The notes under the pieces were generated by a model. The model made no database searches. It was not told the origin of the DNA and saw nothing but the letters and a program-made list of their open reading frames with translations. A stretch of DNA of 63,613 nt, counting the filler. It is 5 parts of 5 records of this genome, joined end to end, with 100 filler letters (N's around TTAATTAATTAA, not from the genome) between each part and the next. Parts side by side here need not be neighbours in the genome. Positions count along the whole stretch, not along the records: positions 20,073 to 35,791 come from SRR31156797_1049; positions 35,892 to 45,674 come from SRR31156797_1050; 3 more parts are not named here. One strand, given 5' to 3'. Each line of letters begins with the position of its first letter. The stretch's first letter is position 1. This document shows positions 30,547 to 39,951 of the stretch, one piece after another. The position numbers and the translations under genes are program-made.

Positions 30547-33500
30547 ATGAGACTATTATTAGCTGTTTTATTATTCTTCTGTCTCAATTCGTTTTCACAA
30601 GTGTCAACTGATAATCTTGTTGTATGGTACAATGCTGATAGTATTTCAATTAGCTCAGGAAATAATATTGATACATTATATGATATGAGTGGCAACAATT
30701 ATCATGCTTTTCAAGATAACTTGAGCAATCAACCTGTTTTTGAAGCTATTGGGCTAGATGGAAATCAAAGTATTTTATTTGATGGGAATGATGTGCTAAA
30801 TACGCCTTCTTTATCCTTAAATACAACAGAAGTTTTTTTTGTATGTAAGGGGTTTGATGTGTCAAATAAGTATTTTGGATTTGGTAATGGGTATTACGTG
30901 AATTTTTTAACAACAGGGAGGTCAATTTTGTATTTAGAGGGTTCTAACTATAGGTATTTTAATCCTCTACAAGATAATAATATAATGCAACTTCATAATT
31001 TTGGTTTTGTAGATGGTGTTGCTGATAATATTAATACATTTATTAGAATAAATACAGAAGATTTGGAAGTTGCAAATGGTCAAGTTTCCGGATATTTTAC
31101 ATTAGATAATCTTAAGATTGGTGGAGGGGCTTTAAATGGTTATATATCAGAAATATTAGTTTATGATACCATTTTAACGCCAGCTCAGAGAATTGAAGTT
31201 GAAAACTATCTTATGAATAAGTATGCTCCTCCATTTTCTTTTTCTGTTGATACTATTTATCGTAATAGTTTTTGTGATACATGTTTTACTGTAGAAGATT
31301 ATTATGATAGTATTCTTTGGTCTACAGGTCAAACGACTCAAACATTGTGTGTAAGTAATTCAGGATTTTATTGGGTTGATTTATATGATGTCTTCGGAAG
31401 GCATATTGTTGATAGTGTATATGTTGAATTTCCTGATATTGGAATTGAAAATTCAACCATTTGCTTAGGGGATTCGATTAAAGTAAAACCTGGTTTATCT
31501 GATGAGTTTACATTAGAGTGGTATAATGGATCAAATCAGGATAGTATTTTTATAGATAGTTCAGGGGAGTTTTGGGTAAAGATTACGGATTCAGATTTGT
31601 GCTCAGACACTTCTTTTTTTAATGTTTATGTTGATAGTTTTGCGGTTGGAAAACTTTTTGAGGTTGATACGATAGACCTTTGTAGCGGCAATGAGATTCC
31701 AATATCTGATAAAGTAGATATCGAATCATATTTTTGGTTGCCTGGAGGGATTACTGATAGTGTTTTTTATGTTGAGAATTCAGGATGGCATTTCTTAGTT
31801 GCAACAAACAATAATAGCTGTGAAGTGCTTGACTCAATTTATGTTAATATCATTGGGGTTGCACCTACACCTCAATTTGAAATAGTAGACACTTGTTTTG
31901 GCGCTTTAACTTCCTTTTTTGATCAAACGGAACCTGCCGATAGCGTAGCTGAATGGATCTGGATTTTCAATAATAATGACTCTTTATTTATAGAAAACCC
32001 TCAATATTTATTTTCAGATACAGGGATGAATAAAGTTGAACTAGTTGTTAAGTCTTTTGGTAACTGTAGTAATTCAATAACAAAGTATCTAACTATTAAA
32101 CCTGTTTCTATACCACTATTTGAATATTATTTGCCTTGCTCAAATAATGAATCATTATTTACAAATTTAACAGAATTGCCAACAGGTAATAGTATCGTAG
32201 ATTTTGAATGGGAAATAGATGATCAGATTGTTTCAACGGATACAAATTTAGTTTATGTTTTTGAAGAGACGGGCACCTACAAGGTACGCTTGAGATCGAC
32301 TCTTTCCAATGGATGTGTAAATGAATACCTAGATAGTATATCTGTTGAGAGTTCTTATCCCTTACCTGAATTTGTTGATTTAATTTCCCCCTTGGAGAAT
32401 TATATAAATTTCTCAGATAGTGTTGAGTTTGTATGGAATAACTATGCGGAATTCTTTATTTATAATTTAATTATTTCTGCAGATTCATCTTTTAATGATG
32501 TTATAAGTACTTATTCTTTGGAAAATCAATCTTCACATACAATTGAATATCCTTTACTTTACGATACAATTTACTGGAGGTTAGACATTGTTAATACTTG
32601 CGGGGATGATATTTCTTCCAGAAAATGTATAATCATAAATTATGATTTAGCTCAAGTTTCTACCTTGAAAGCATGGTACAATGCTGATTCGATAATAGAA
32701 TCTGGTCTGCAAATAAGTCAACTTTACGATTTGAGTGGTAATGAAAATCATGCAACTCAAACTGAAGAAAGTGAAATGCCTGTTTTCGAATTAAATAATG
32801 GTTTAGCAAATCCAGGGATTAAATTTAATGGAGGTCAAAATTTGAATACACCTGACTTTAACTTAAGTGATGTGGAAATTATAGGAATAATAGAAGGATT
32901 TGATATTGCTAATAAAATATTTGGTTTTGGAAATGGATATTGGGTGAACTTTAATGCATTCAATGACAGGTCGATAGTTTATTTAAATAGCAACAATTAT
33001 CAATATTATTCTTCAGGATTATTTGATAGTGTTCCTTTAATACATAATTTTTCAATTCTTGATGGTTTTGCAGATTGTGATTCATGTTTTCTTGAACTAA
33101 ATGGAAATAGACAATCAAAATTGAATTCTGCAAATAGTACTCCTTTTACCCTTAATAATTTAAATATTGGGGCAAATAGTCTTAGAGGAATAATTAGTGA
33201 ACTTTTAGTTTTTGATAGTTTATTAGATGAGAAGGATCGTTTTTTTATTAATAATTATTTACGGCAAAAATACACTCCTCCAGTAAATCTTCTTTTCAAC
33301 ATTATCATTTCCTACGGGTTCCCTGACACCATCATTACAACTGCGAACAAACCCTGGTTCACCTCCTACCAATGGAACACATCTGAAAATGATACACTTT
33401 CCACACTTACCGTTTCCGAACCCGGCACGTACGCCGTTAAAGTTACCGACATTTTCGGTTTCGAAAGTTCGGACTCATTGAAAGTAAGATATCCGGAATT

Positions 33501-35712
33501 TAATTTGTGGAGTGATCGTAGCATTTGTTTGGGTGATACGCTGACCTGGGATTTGGATGCGAAGGGACCATATAGCTACGAGTGGAGCACAGGTGCAACG
33601 GATACGGCCATTCTGATTTTTGAAGCCGGAACTTATACAGTCACACTTACAGATACTATGGGAAACCAATGGTCGCCAGAGCCAATAGTCATTTCCGTTG
33701 ATAGTTTCCCTGTGAATGCGACGCTTGGTCCGGATTTAATGCTTTGTGCCGGAAACCGCCTTGAATTGGAAGTTGGCCAGGATGAAGCAGTCGAGTTTCT
33801 CTGGCAGGATGGATCTACACTACCATATTACCGGATTGATGAGGCAGAAGAAGTAAGTGTGCAGGTTACAAATAGTATTGGTTGTGTAGCTTTTGATACC
33901 ATTCAGGTAGATGTGGCTGGTGTCGCGCCTAAGGCAGATTTTAGTTTTAGTTCTACTTGTAGGGATGTTTCAGTTCAATTTACTGATTTGTCTGAAACCT
34001 ATGAAGGAGCTATCATAGAGAGTTACAACTGGGATTTTGCCGGCTATGGAGCTTCAACTGATCAGAATCCGGAATATGCTTTTCCAGACACTGGAGTGGT
34101 AGAAGTGACCTTATTTATTGAAACTGACGAGGGTTGTGATAATGATACTTCCATTGCATTAGATATCCATGAACTTCCACAAGCTGCTTTTTCAACATTG
34201 CAGGCATGTGAAAATGCAACTGTACAAATGAGTAATACTTCAATATCTGTAGATGGCAGCATTGTCGGCAATCAATGGCTGGTTGATGGGTCTAGCTATG
34301 ATGTGTCAGATCCATTGCATACGTTTAGTTCTTCCGGAATTGTTGACGCTAGATTAATTGTAGTTACTGAATATGATTGTCCGGATACCGTATATCACCA
34401 AATTACTGTTAAGCCTGCTCCTGTGGCGGACTTTACCAATGATGTGGGTTGTATTGGCGAAGCCGTTTACTTTTCTAATCTGTCCTCAACTAATTTGAAT
34501 CAACAATTTACATCGCAATGGCAATTTGGAGATTTGGGTAGCAGCACAGATCAAAATCCATTTTTTATTTTTGAAACAATTGAAGATCAAAATGTGCAAT
34601 TGGTAGTTCGTCAATTAGCAGATGGTTGTACCGATACTTTAAGTAAAATAATAGAAATTCATAACCTACCCGAGGCTTCTGTACCCGAGCAAACAGGTTG
34701 CGAAGAGGCTGAAAATTTGCTACTTCACAATACTAGTTGGGGCGAAGGAGAGGAGTTTGGATCGATTGTTTGGCAGTTCGCAGATACTGTTTTGATGGGA
34801 GAAGCACCAGTTTATAATGTTTCTGAGGCAGGTATTTATAATCTACTTTTAAAAGTTAAAAATGCTTCTGGATGTGAAGATACCCTTAGCTACGAATATG
34901 TAGTAAATGAGAGTCCGGAGATATCATTCGCGCCATTGAGCGACACAACATTTTTCCCAACCACGATTGCTTTAGACAATACATCTGACCCTGCTCAATG
35001 GAACTGGTATGTGAATGGAAATCAGTTTAGTACAGAACAAAGCCCAAATTTGGATATTGATTCAGCAGGTCTATACATTATAAGTCTTCAGGGTGTGAAC
35101 GAAAATGGCTGCGAAGGTTCATATGCTGATACGACTTTAGCGCTTTCGCCTTTTATTGATGGTGGAATTGTAGAATGCAGAGCAATTATAAACGAAGGAA
35201 GACTTTATGTGTCAGTTGATTTAGTGAACTTAGGTACCAAAAGTGTTTTAAATCCTGAGCTAAGGATGACCTTGAGTAACGGACAAATTTTTGCTGAAAC
35301 CATGGCAGGAGTGCTATATGCTGGAGAAGCAAAAACTTATACATTTAAGACACAGTATTTCATCCCTGAAGACGAGTCATTACGTTGGTTAACGATAGAC
35401 TTAAATTATGAATTAGATCAGGCTAAGGATAATAACACATGTACTTTTATATTTGGTGATGAGCCTGTAATATATAAGCCTTATCCTAATCCGGCAGGCT
35501 CTTTTGTTAAAGTTGATTTTACAGCAAATGAACCAGGTACCGTTAAACTTCGCATGTTTGACTTGATGGGACAACTAGTTTTGGAAGAAACAAGAGAAGC
35601 CGTTATTGGGTTAAATAGATTAGAAATCCCAAATCCGGCGCCAAGTGGTGGAGTTCATACGCTTGAAGTAGAGGTGAATGGAAATCGTAAAACTTTTAGG
35701 ATTATATTATAG
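30547..35712 (+). CDS. large secreted surface protein: two LamG/concanavalin-like domains, Ig-like/PKD repeats, T9SS type A C-terminal domain
   Basis: Signal peptide ending FS-Q; duplicated WYNADS...YD.SGN..HA.Q...ISE.LV.D domain; WSTG and W.FG PKD-type repeats; C-terminal YPNP...FDLMGQLV sorting domain. Confidence 0.85.
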   Translation: MRLLLAVLLFFCLNSFSQVSTDNLVVWYNADSISISSGNNIDTLYDMSGNNYHAFQDNLSNQPVFEAIGLDGNQSILFDGNDVLNTPSLSLNTTEVFFVCKGFDVSNKYFGFGNGYYVNFLTTGRSILYLEGSNYRYFNPLQDNNIMQLHNFGFVDGVADNINTFIRINTEDLEVANGQVSGYFTLDNLKIGGGALNGYISEILVYDTILTPAQRIEVENYLMNKYAPPFSFSVDTIYRNSFCDTCFTVEDYYDSILWSTGQTTQTLCVSNSGFYWVDLYDVFGRHIVDSVYVEFPDIGIENSTICLGDSIKVKPGLSDEFTLEWYNGSNQDSIFIDSSGEFWVKITDSDLCSDTSFFNVYVDSFAVGKLFEVDTIDLCSGNEIPISDKVDIESYFWLPGGITDSVFYVENSGWHFLVATNNNSCEVLDSIYVNIIGVAPTPQFEIVDTCFGALTSFFDQTEPADSVAEWIWIFNNNDSLFIENPQYLFSDTGMNKVELVVKSFGNCSNSITKYLTIKPVSIPLFEYYLPCSNNESLFTNLTELPTGNSIVDFEWEIDDQIVSTDTNLVYVFEETGTYKVRLRSTLSNGCVNEYLDSISVESSYPLPEFVDLISPLENYINFSDSVEFVWNNYAEFFIYNLIISADSSFNDVISTYSLENQSSHTIEYPLLYDTIYWRLDIVNTCGDDISSRKCIIINYDLAQVSTLKAWYNADSIIESGLQISQLYDLSGNENHATQTEESEMPVFELNNGLANPGIKFNGGQNLNTPDFNLSDVEIIGIIEGFDIANKIFGFGNGYWVNFNAFNDRSIVYLNSNNYQYYSSGLFDSVPLIHNFSILDGFADCDSCFLELNGNRQSKLNSANSTPFTLNNLNIGANSLRGIISELLVFDSLLDEKDRFFINNYLRQKYTPPVNLLFNIIISYGFPDTIITTANKPWFTSYQWNTSENDTLSTLTVSEPGTYAVKVTDIFGFESSDSLKVRYPEFNLWSDRSICLGDTLTWDLDAKGPYSYEWSTGATDTAILIFEAGTYTVTLTDTMGNQWSPEPIVISVDSFPVNATLGPDLMLCAGNRLELEVGQDEAVEFLWQDGSTLPYYRIDEAEEVSVQVTNSIGCVAFDTIQVDVAGVAPKADFSFSSTCRDVSVQFTDLSETYEGAIIESYNWDFAGYGASTDQNPEYAFPDTGVVEVTLFIETDEGCDNDTSIALDIHELPQAAFSTLQACENATVQMSNTSISVDGSIVGNQWLVDGSSYDVSDPLHTFSSSGIVDARLIVVTEYDCPDTVYHQITVKPAPVADFTNDVGCIGEAVYFSNLSSTNLNQQFTSQWQFGDLGSSTDQNPFFIFETIEDQNVQLVVRQLADGCTDTLSKIIEIHNLPEASVPEQTGCEEAENLLLHNTSWGEGEEFGSIVWQFADTVLMGEAPVYNVSEAGIYNLLLKVKNASGCEDTLSYEYVVNESPEISFAPLSDTTFFPTTIALDNTSDPAQWNWYVNGNQFSTEQSPNLDIDSAGLYIISLQGVNENGCEGSYADTTLALSPFIDGGIVECRAIINEGRLYVSVDLVNLGTKSVLNPELRMTLSNGQIFAETMAGVLYAGEAKTYTFKTQYFIPEDESLRWLTIDLNYELDQAKDNNTCTFIFGDEPVIYKPYPNPAGSFVKVDFTANEPGTVKLRMFDLMGQLVLEETREAVIGLNRLEIPNPAPSGGVHTLEVEVNGNRKTFRIIL

Positions 35713-35728
35713 TGTTTCAGGTATGCAA

Positions 35729-35766
35729 GTTTCAAGTTTCAGGTTTCAGGTTTCAAGTTTGACGTT
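35729..35766 (+). repeat. GTTTCA(A/G) heptamer tandem array
   Basis: GTTTCAA GTTTCAG GTTTCAG GTTTCAA GTTTGAC just after the stop codon. Confidence 0.85.
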
Positions 35767-35791
35767 TGACGTTTCATGAATATGGTTGACG
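35767..35791 (+). mobile_element. terminus of a multicopy element, probably an IS3-family inverted repeat
   Basis: TGACGTTTCATGAATATGGTTGACG is identical at three contig ends; starts with TG as IS3-family ends do. Confidence 0.6.
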
Positions 35792-35891
35792 NNNNNNNNN
35801 NNNNNNNNNNNNNNNNNNNNNNNNNNNNNNNNNNNTTAATTAATTAANNNNNNNNNNNNNNNNNNNNNNNNNNNNNNNNNNNNNNNNNNNN
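35792..35891. other. artificial contig linker
   Basis: N run + TTAATTAATTAA. Confidence 0.98.
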
Positions 35892-35907
35892 ACTAAGTGA
35901 CTTAAGA

Positions 35908-35943
35908 GACAGAAGTCAGAATACAGAAGACAGAAAACAGAAA
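35908..35943 (+). repeat. CAGAA-core heptamer tandem array
   Basis: GACAGAA GTCAGAA TACAGAA GACAGAA AACAGAA; related array at 46736-46759. Confidence 0.75.
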
Positions 35944-36002
35944 AAAAAGATATAAGTGTAAGTCAATATTTTTTGGGTAGTAAATTTTTAAGTATACAAT
36001 AA

Positions 36003-37214
36003 ATGAAAGGTCAAAACTGGCACAAATTTCCGATCCTATTTAGTCTTTACATAGCTCAGTCTATTCCAATGAGCTTTTTCTCAACGGTAGTGCCAGTAAT
36101 CATGAGACAGGAAAACTATTCGCTCGAATCCATTGGGCTGCTACAATTAGTTAAACTTCCCTGGATTCTGAAATTTCTATGGGCTCCAATGATCGATAAG
36201 AAAGCCCGTAACAGTAACGACCTCAAGCGATGGATCATTGGTTCTGAAATATTCTACGCAGTAATTATTTTTGCCATAGGATTCTTGAGTCTACAAACTG
36301 ACTTCCAGATGATTGTCATATTGATGATTATTGCCTTCACAGCTTCAGCTACCCAGGATATTGCCACAGATGCTTTTGCCGTTTTAGTATTAAAGAAAAC
36401 TGAACGTTCGCTGGGAAACAGCATCCAATCTGCCGGATCATTTGTAGGTAGTCTGATGGGTACCGGTGTACTTTTAATTGCCTATTACTATTTGGGATGG
36501 CAAGCCCTTTTATGGATGCTGGCAGGTTTCGTTGTTTTTGCTATTGCGCCATTACCACTTTTCAGAAAGAAAAGTCCAATCCCGAAAGCTGAAGTTGAGT
36601 CCATTAATCCGAGTGTAGCTATCAAATTTTTCACCCAAAAAGGGATGTGGAAAAGGCTCATCTTACTTTTCACCTATTACTCAGGAATTATTGGAATGCT
36701 TGCAATGCTCAAACCATATATGGTTGATCTGGGATATACAGTCAAAGAAATTGGAGTAATGTCCGGCATTTTTGGTACTGCTGTTGCAGCCGGATCAGCA
36801 TTTCTAGGTGGATTTATTCAAAAACGTATAGGCAGAAGAAATGCATTAAAATCATTCGCCATCATCAACTTATTGGTCACGCTTTATTTTATATTAATAT
36901 CATTAAATCAACCAACAACAGCACAAATTTACACAGGAATTGCAATTCTTTGGGGTGCATACGGTTTCTCAAGTGTTACTATTTATACTACATCAATGGA
37001 TGTGGTTAGAAAAGGATACGAAGGGACTGATTTTACCGTTCAAATTGTAATTTCGCACCTTAGTGGAATTATTTTTGCCGTATTAAGTGGTAAATTAGCC
37101 GGAGCATTAGGCTACACTGGGCTATTTGCTTCAGAAGCTGTTTTTGCACTTATAGCCATATTTGTGGTGTTTTTCATATTACATAAAAACAATGATTATG
37201 CAAATTTCAAATGA
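36003..37214 (+). CDS. MFS transporter (AmpG/RhtX/FptX-like)
   Basis: LYIAQSIP, LPWILKFLWAP, ATQDIATDA motifs; about 12 TM segments. Confidence 0.88.
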   Translation: MKGQNWHKFPILFSLYIAQSIPMSFFSTVVPVIMRQENYSLESIGLLQLVKLPWILKFLWAPMIDKKARNSNDLKRWIIGSEIFYAVIIFAIGFLSLQTDFQMIVILMIIAFTASATQDIATDAFAVLVLKKTERSLGNSIQSAGSFVGSLMGTGVLLIAYYYLGWQALLWMLAGFVVFAIAPLPLFRKKSPIPKAEVESINPSVAIKFFTQKGMWKRLILLFTYYSGIIGMLAMLKPYMVDLGYTVKEIGVMSGIFGTAVAAGSAFLGGFIQKRIGRRNALKSFAIINLLVTLYFILISLNQPTTAQIYTGIAILWGAYGFSSVTIYTTSMDVVRKGYEGTDFTVQIVISHLSGIIFAVLSGKLAGALGYTGLFASEAVFALIAIFVVFFILHKNNDYANFK

Positions 37215-38574
37215 ACTCATAAATAAATATAACGTACCTGTACCAAGGTATACCAGCTATCCTCCAGCTAATCATTTTGAGGATTTTTCAGATGGACAAT
37301 ACATGGATATGCTCATCGAATCCAATTTATTGATGCCTGAGCTGATTTCCATTTATATTCATATTCCGTTTTGCAATAAAATGTGTTTCTATTGCGGATG
37401 TAATGCCTGCCATATTGGTGATGGTCAGTTGGTTAAACCCTACATTGATGCCCTTAAAAAAGAAATATCAATGGTAAGTGCACATTTAGATAAAAGACGA
37501 AAAGTTGCCCAAATACACTATGGTGGCGGAACGCCGAATGCCATTCCATCAGAATTTATTCAGGAATTAAATGCTTACTTATTTGAAACATTTGAGTTTA
37601 TTAACAATCCTGAAATTGCCATTGAAACGCATCCCGGTTATATAGACGAAGCATACATTACTGATTTGAAAAATGCTAAATTTAATAGGTTTAGTATGGG
37701 CATACAGGATTTTAATAAGGAAGTATTAAAAACTGTAAATCGTGAGCCGGCAAGAATGCCTGTAAAAGACATTATGGAACTCATGAAAAGTAATGCCTCA
37801 AATATTGCTGTAAACCTCGATTTTATATATGGGTTACCTCATCAAACCACATCAAGCTTTTTGGTGAGCATGGAAAAAGCACTTGAATTACAACCAGATA
37901 GACTGGTTACCTTCTCATATGCACATGTGCCATGGGTTAAAAAGCAACAAAAAATACTTGAAAAGGCTGGATTACCCTCTAGCGAAGCTAAAATGGATAT
38001 GTTCCTTGCTGCTTATCACTTTCTGGAGCATGGCGGTTACAACCCAATAGGTTTAGACCACTTTGTACGCGACAATGATGAATTATACATTGCATTGCAA
38101 AACAAGCAATTGCATCGAAATTTCCAGGGATATGCTACACGCAGGACAACCGGTCAGGTTTATGCCTTTGGAGCTTCTGCCATTAGTCAAACTGAAAATG
38201 GTTACGCTCAAAACGAAAAAGGTACCAGGTCATATATTGACAAAATAGAAAATGGTAAATTTGCAACAGTAAGTGGAATGCGTGTAACAGCTGATCAAAT
38301 AAAGGTACGGGAAGTTATCACTTATGTAATGTGCAATAAAGAACTCAACTGGGATAACATAGCCAAAGAATTTGATATTGAGACGGATGAACTCAAAACA
38401 CATGTTGTTCCAGATCATACTGCCATGGAACTATTTGAAAAAGATGGATTAATACAACCTACCCAGAATGGTTTTAAAGTAACAAATACTGGATCATTGT
38501 TCATCAGAAATATTGCAGCTGCGCTTGATCCTGCATATAAAGCTCAAAAGAATAAGTATTCAAAATCTGTATAA
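37198..38574 (+). CDS. hemN: oxygen-independent coproporphyrinogen III oxidase/dehydrogenase
   Basis: PRYTSYP, HIPFC...CFYCGC radical SAM motif, GGGTP, DFIYGLP, RNFQGY. Confidence 0.93.
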   Translation: MQISNELINKYNVPVPRYTSYPPANHFEDFSDGQYMDMLIESNLLMPELISIYIHIPFCNKMCFYCGCNACHIGDGQLVKPYIDALKKEISMVSAHLDKRRKVAQIHYGGGTPNAIPSEFIQELNAYLFETFEFINNPEIAIETHPGYIDEAYITDLKNAKFNRFSMGIQDFNKEVLKTVNREPARMPVKDIMELMKSNASNIAVNLDFIYGLPHQTTSSFLVSMEKALELQPDRLVTFSYAHVPWVKKQQKILEKAGLPSSEAKMDMFLAAYHFLEHGGYNPIGLDHFVRDNDELYIALQNKQLHRNFQGYATRRTTGQVYAFGASAISQTENGYAQNEKGTRSYIDKIENGKFATVSGMRVTADQIKVREVITYVMCNKELNWDNIAKEFDIETDELKTHVVPDHTAMELFEKDGLIQPTQNGFKVTNTGSLFIRNIAAALDPAYKAQKNKYSKSV

Positions 38575-39951
38575 ATGTCAGAACCTACTCAAATACAAAA
38601 AGACATCACTATTATTGGAGCCGGAATCACCGGACTCTCACTAGCCTATTACCTCAAAAAGAAAGATTTTAATGTAGCAGTAGTTGATAAAGCAGATAGT
38701 GTTGGTGGAGTGATACATACATTGGAAAAAAATGGGTTTCTTTTCGAAACCGGACCAAATACAGGCGTGCTCTCCAATGCTGAACTAGCTGAACTGTTTG
38801 AAGAGTTAGATAACGTTGAGCTCGAAACAGCCAATGAGGATTCCAAAAAGCGATGGATCATGAAAAACAATCGTTTCAGAGCCATTCCTTCTGGTTTGAT
38901 TGGCGGTATAAAAACGCCCCTGTTTACATTTAAGGATAAATTGAGAATACTAGGAGAACCCTGGCGCAAGCCCGGTACAGATCCAAATGAATCATTGGCA
39001 TCAATGGTGCGTCGTAGAATGGGAAAATCATTTTTAGACTATGCAGTTGACCCGTTTATTTCTGGGATTTATGCCGGTGACCCTGAAAAAATCATCCCTA
39101 AATATGCACTTCCTAAACTTTATAACCTGGAGCAAGAATATGGTAGTTTTATCAAAGGCGCTATCAGAAAAAGAAAAGAGCCCAAAACGGACCGCGATCT
39201 TAAAGCTACCAAAGAAGTTTTTAGTGCTAAAGATGGCTTGGAGCATTTAGTTAAAGCATTGGCAGCAGCCATTTCCCATGAAAATATTTACTTAAATTGT
39301 AAAGAAGATACGATTCAGCCTTTGGATAGAGGATTTAAAACTACTTTTAAAAGCACCGAAGATAAACAAATTGAGATAGTTAGTGACAAAGTAATTTCCA
39401 CGATACCAGCTCATGAATTGCCGAATTTACTCCCATTTCTGATTGAAGAACAACTCAAGCCAATTACTGATTTAGAATATGCAAAGGTTGTTCAGGTAGT
39501 ACTGGGTTATAAAAAATGGAATGGTATTGAATTAGATGCCTTTGGCGGTCTGATTCCTAAGTTGGAGAATAAAAAAATACTAGGTATTCTTTTTCCTTCC
39601 TCCATTTTTGCTAACCGAGCTCCTAAAGAAGGTGCGCTATTATCAGTTTTTATGGGTGGAATAAGGCATCCTGAAATAATAGATCTAACTGATGATCAAC
39701 TACTTGACATAGCTCTTGAAGAGGTTGAAAAAGCATTAAATGAAAACCAGAAACCTGATCTGGAGCATGTATTCCGCTATCGACATGCAATTCCACAATA
39801 CACCATAACTTCACCTGAAAGGTTAAAGGCAATTGAAGAGATTGAACAAAAATATCCGGGATTAATTTTAGCCGGTAACATCAGAGACGGTATTGGGATG
39901 GCAGATAGAGTAAAACAAGCGGCAGAAATAAGTAAAAACATCATTGCATAA
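38575..39951 (+). CDS. hemG: protoporphyrinogen oxidase (HemY-type flavoprotein)
   Basis: IIGAGITGL FAD motif, FETGPN, GIYAGD, AIPQY; located between hemN and hemH. Confidence 0.88.
   Translation: MSEPTQIQKDITIIGAGITGLSLAYYLKKKDFNVAVVDKADSVGGVIHTLEKNGFLFETGPNTGVLSNAELAELFEELDNVELETANEDSKKRWIMKNNRFRAIPSGLIGGIKTPLFTFKDKLRILGEPWRKPGTDPNESLASMVRRRMGKSFLDYAVDPFISGIYAGDPEKIIPKYALPKLYNLEQEYGSFIKGAIRKRKEPKTDRDLKATKEVFSAKDGLEHLVKALAAAISHENIYLNCKEDTIQPLDRGFKTTFKSTEDKQIEIVSDKVISTIPAHELPNLLPFLIEEQLKPITDLEYAKVVQVVLGYKKWNGIELDAFGGLIPKLENKKILGILFPSSIFANRAPKEGALLSVFMGGIRHPEIIDLTDDQLLDIALEEVEKALNENQKPDLEHVFRYRHAIPQYTITSPERLKAIEEIEQKYPGLILAGNIRDGIGMADRVKQAAEISKNIIA

Noticed and set aside
30616-33480. Duplicated domain and C-rich patch considered as a DGR template/variable repeat pair
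   Set aside because: The copies are highly diverged at all base types rather than only at adenines, and no reverse transcriptase is present
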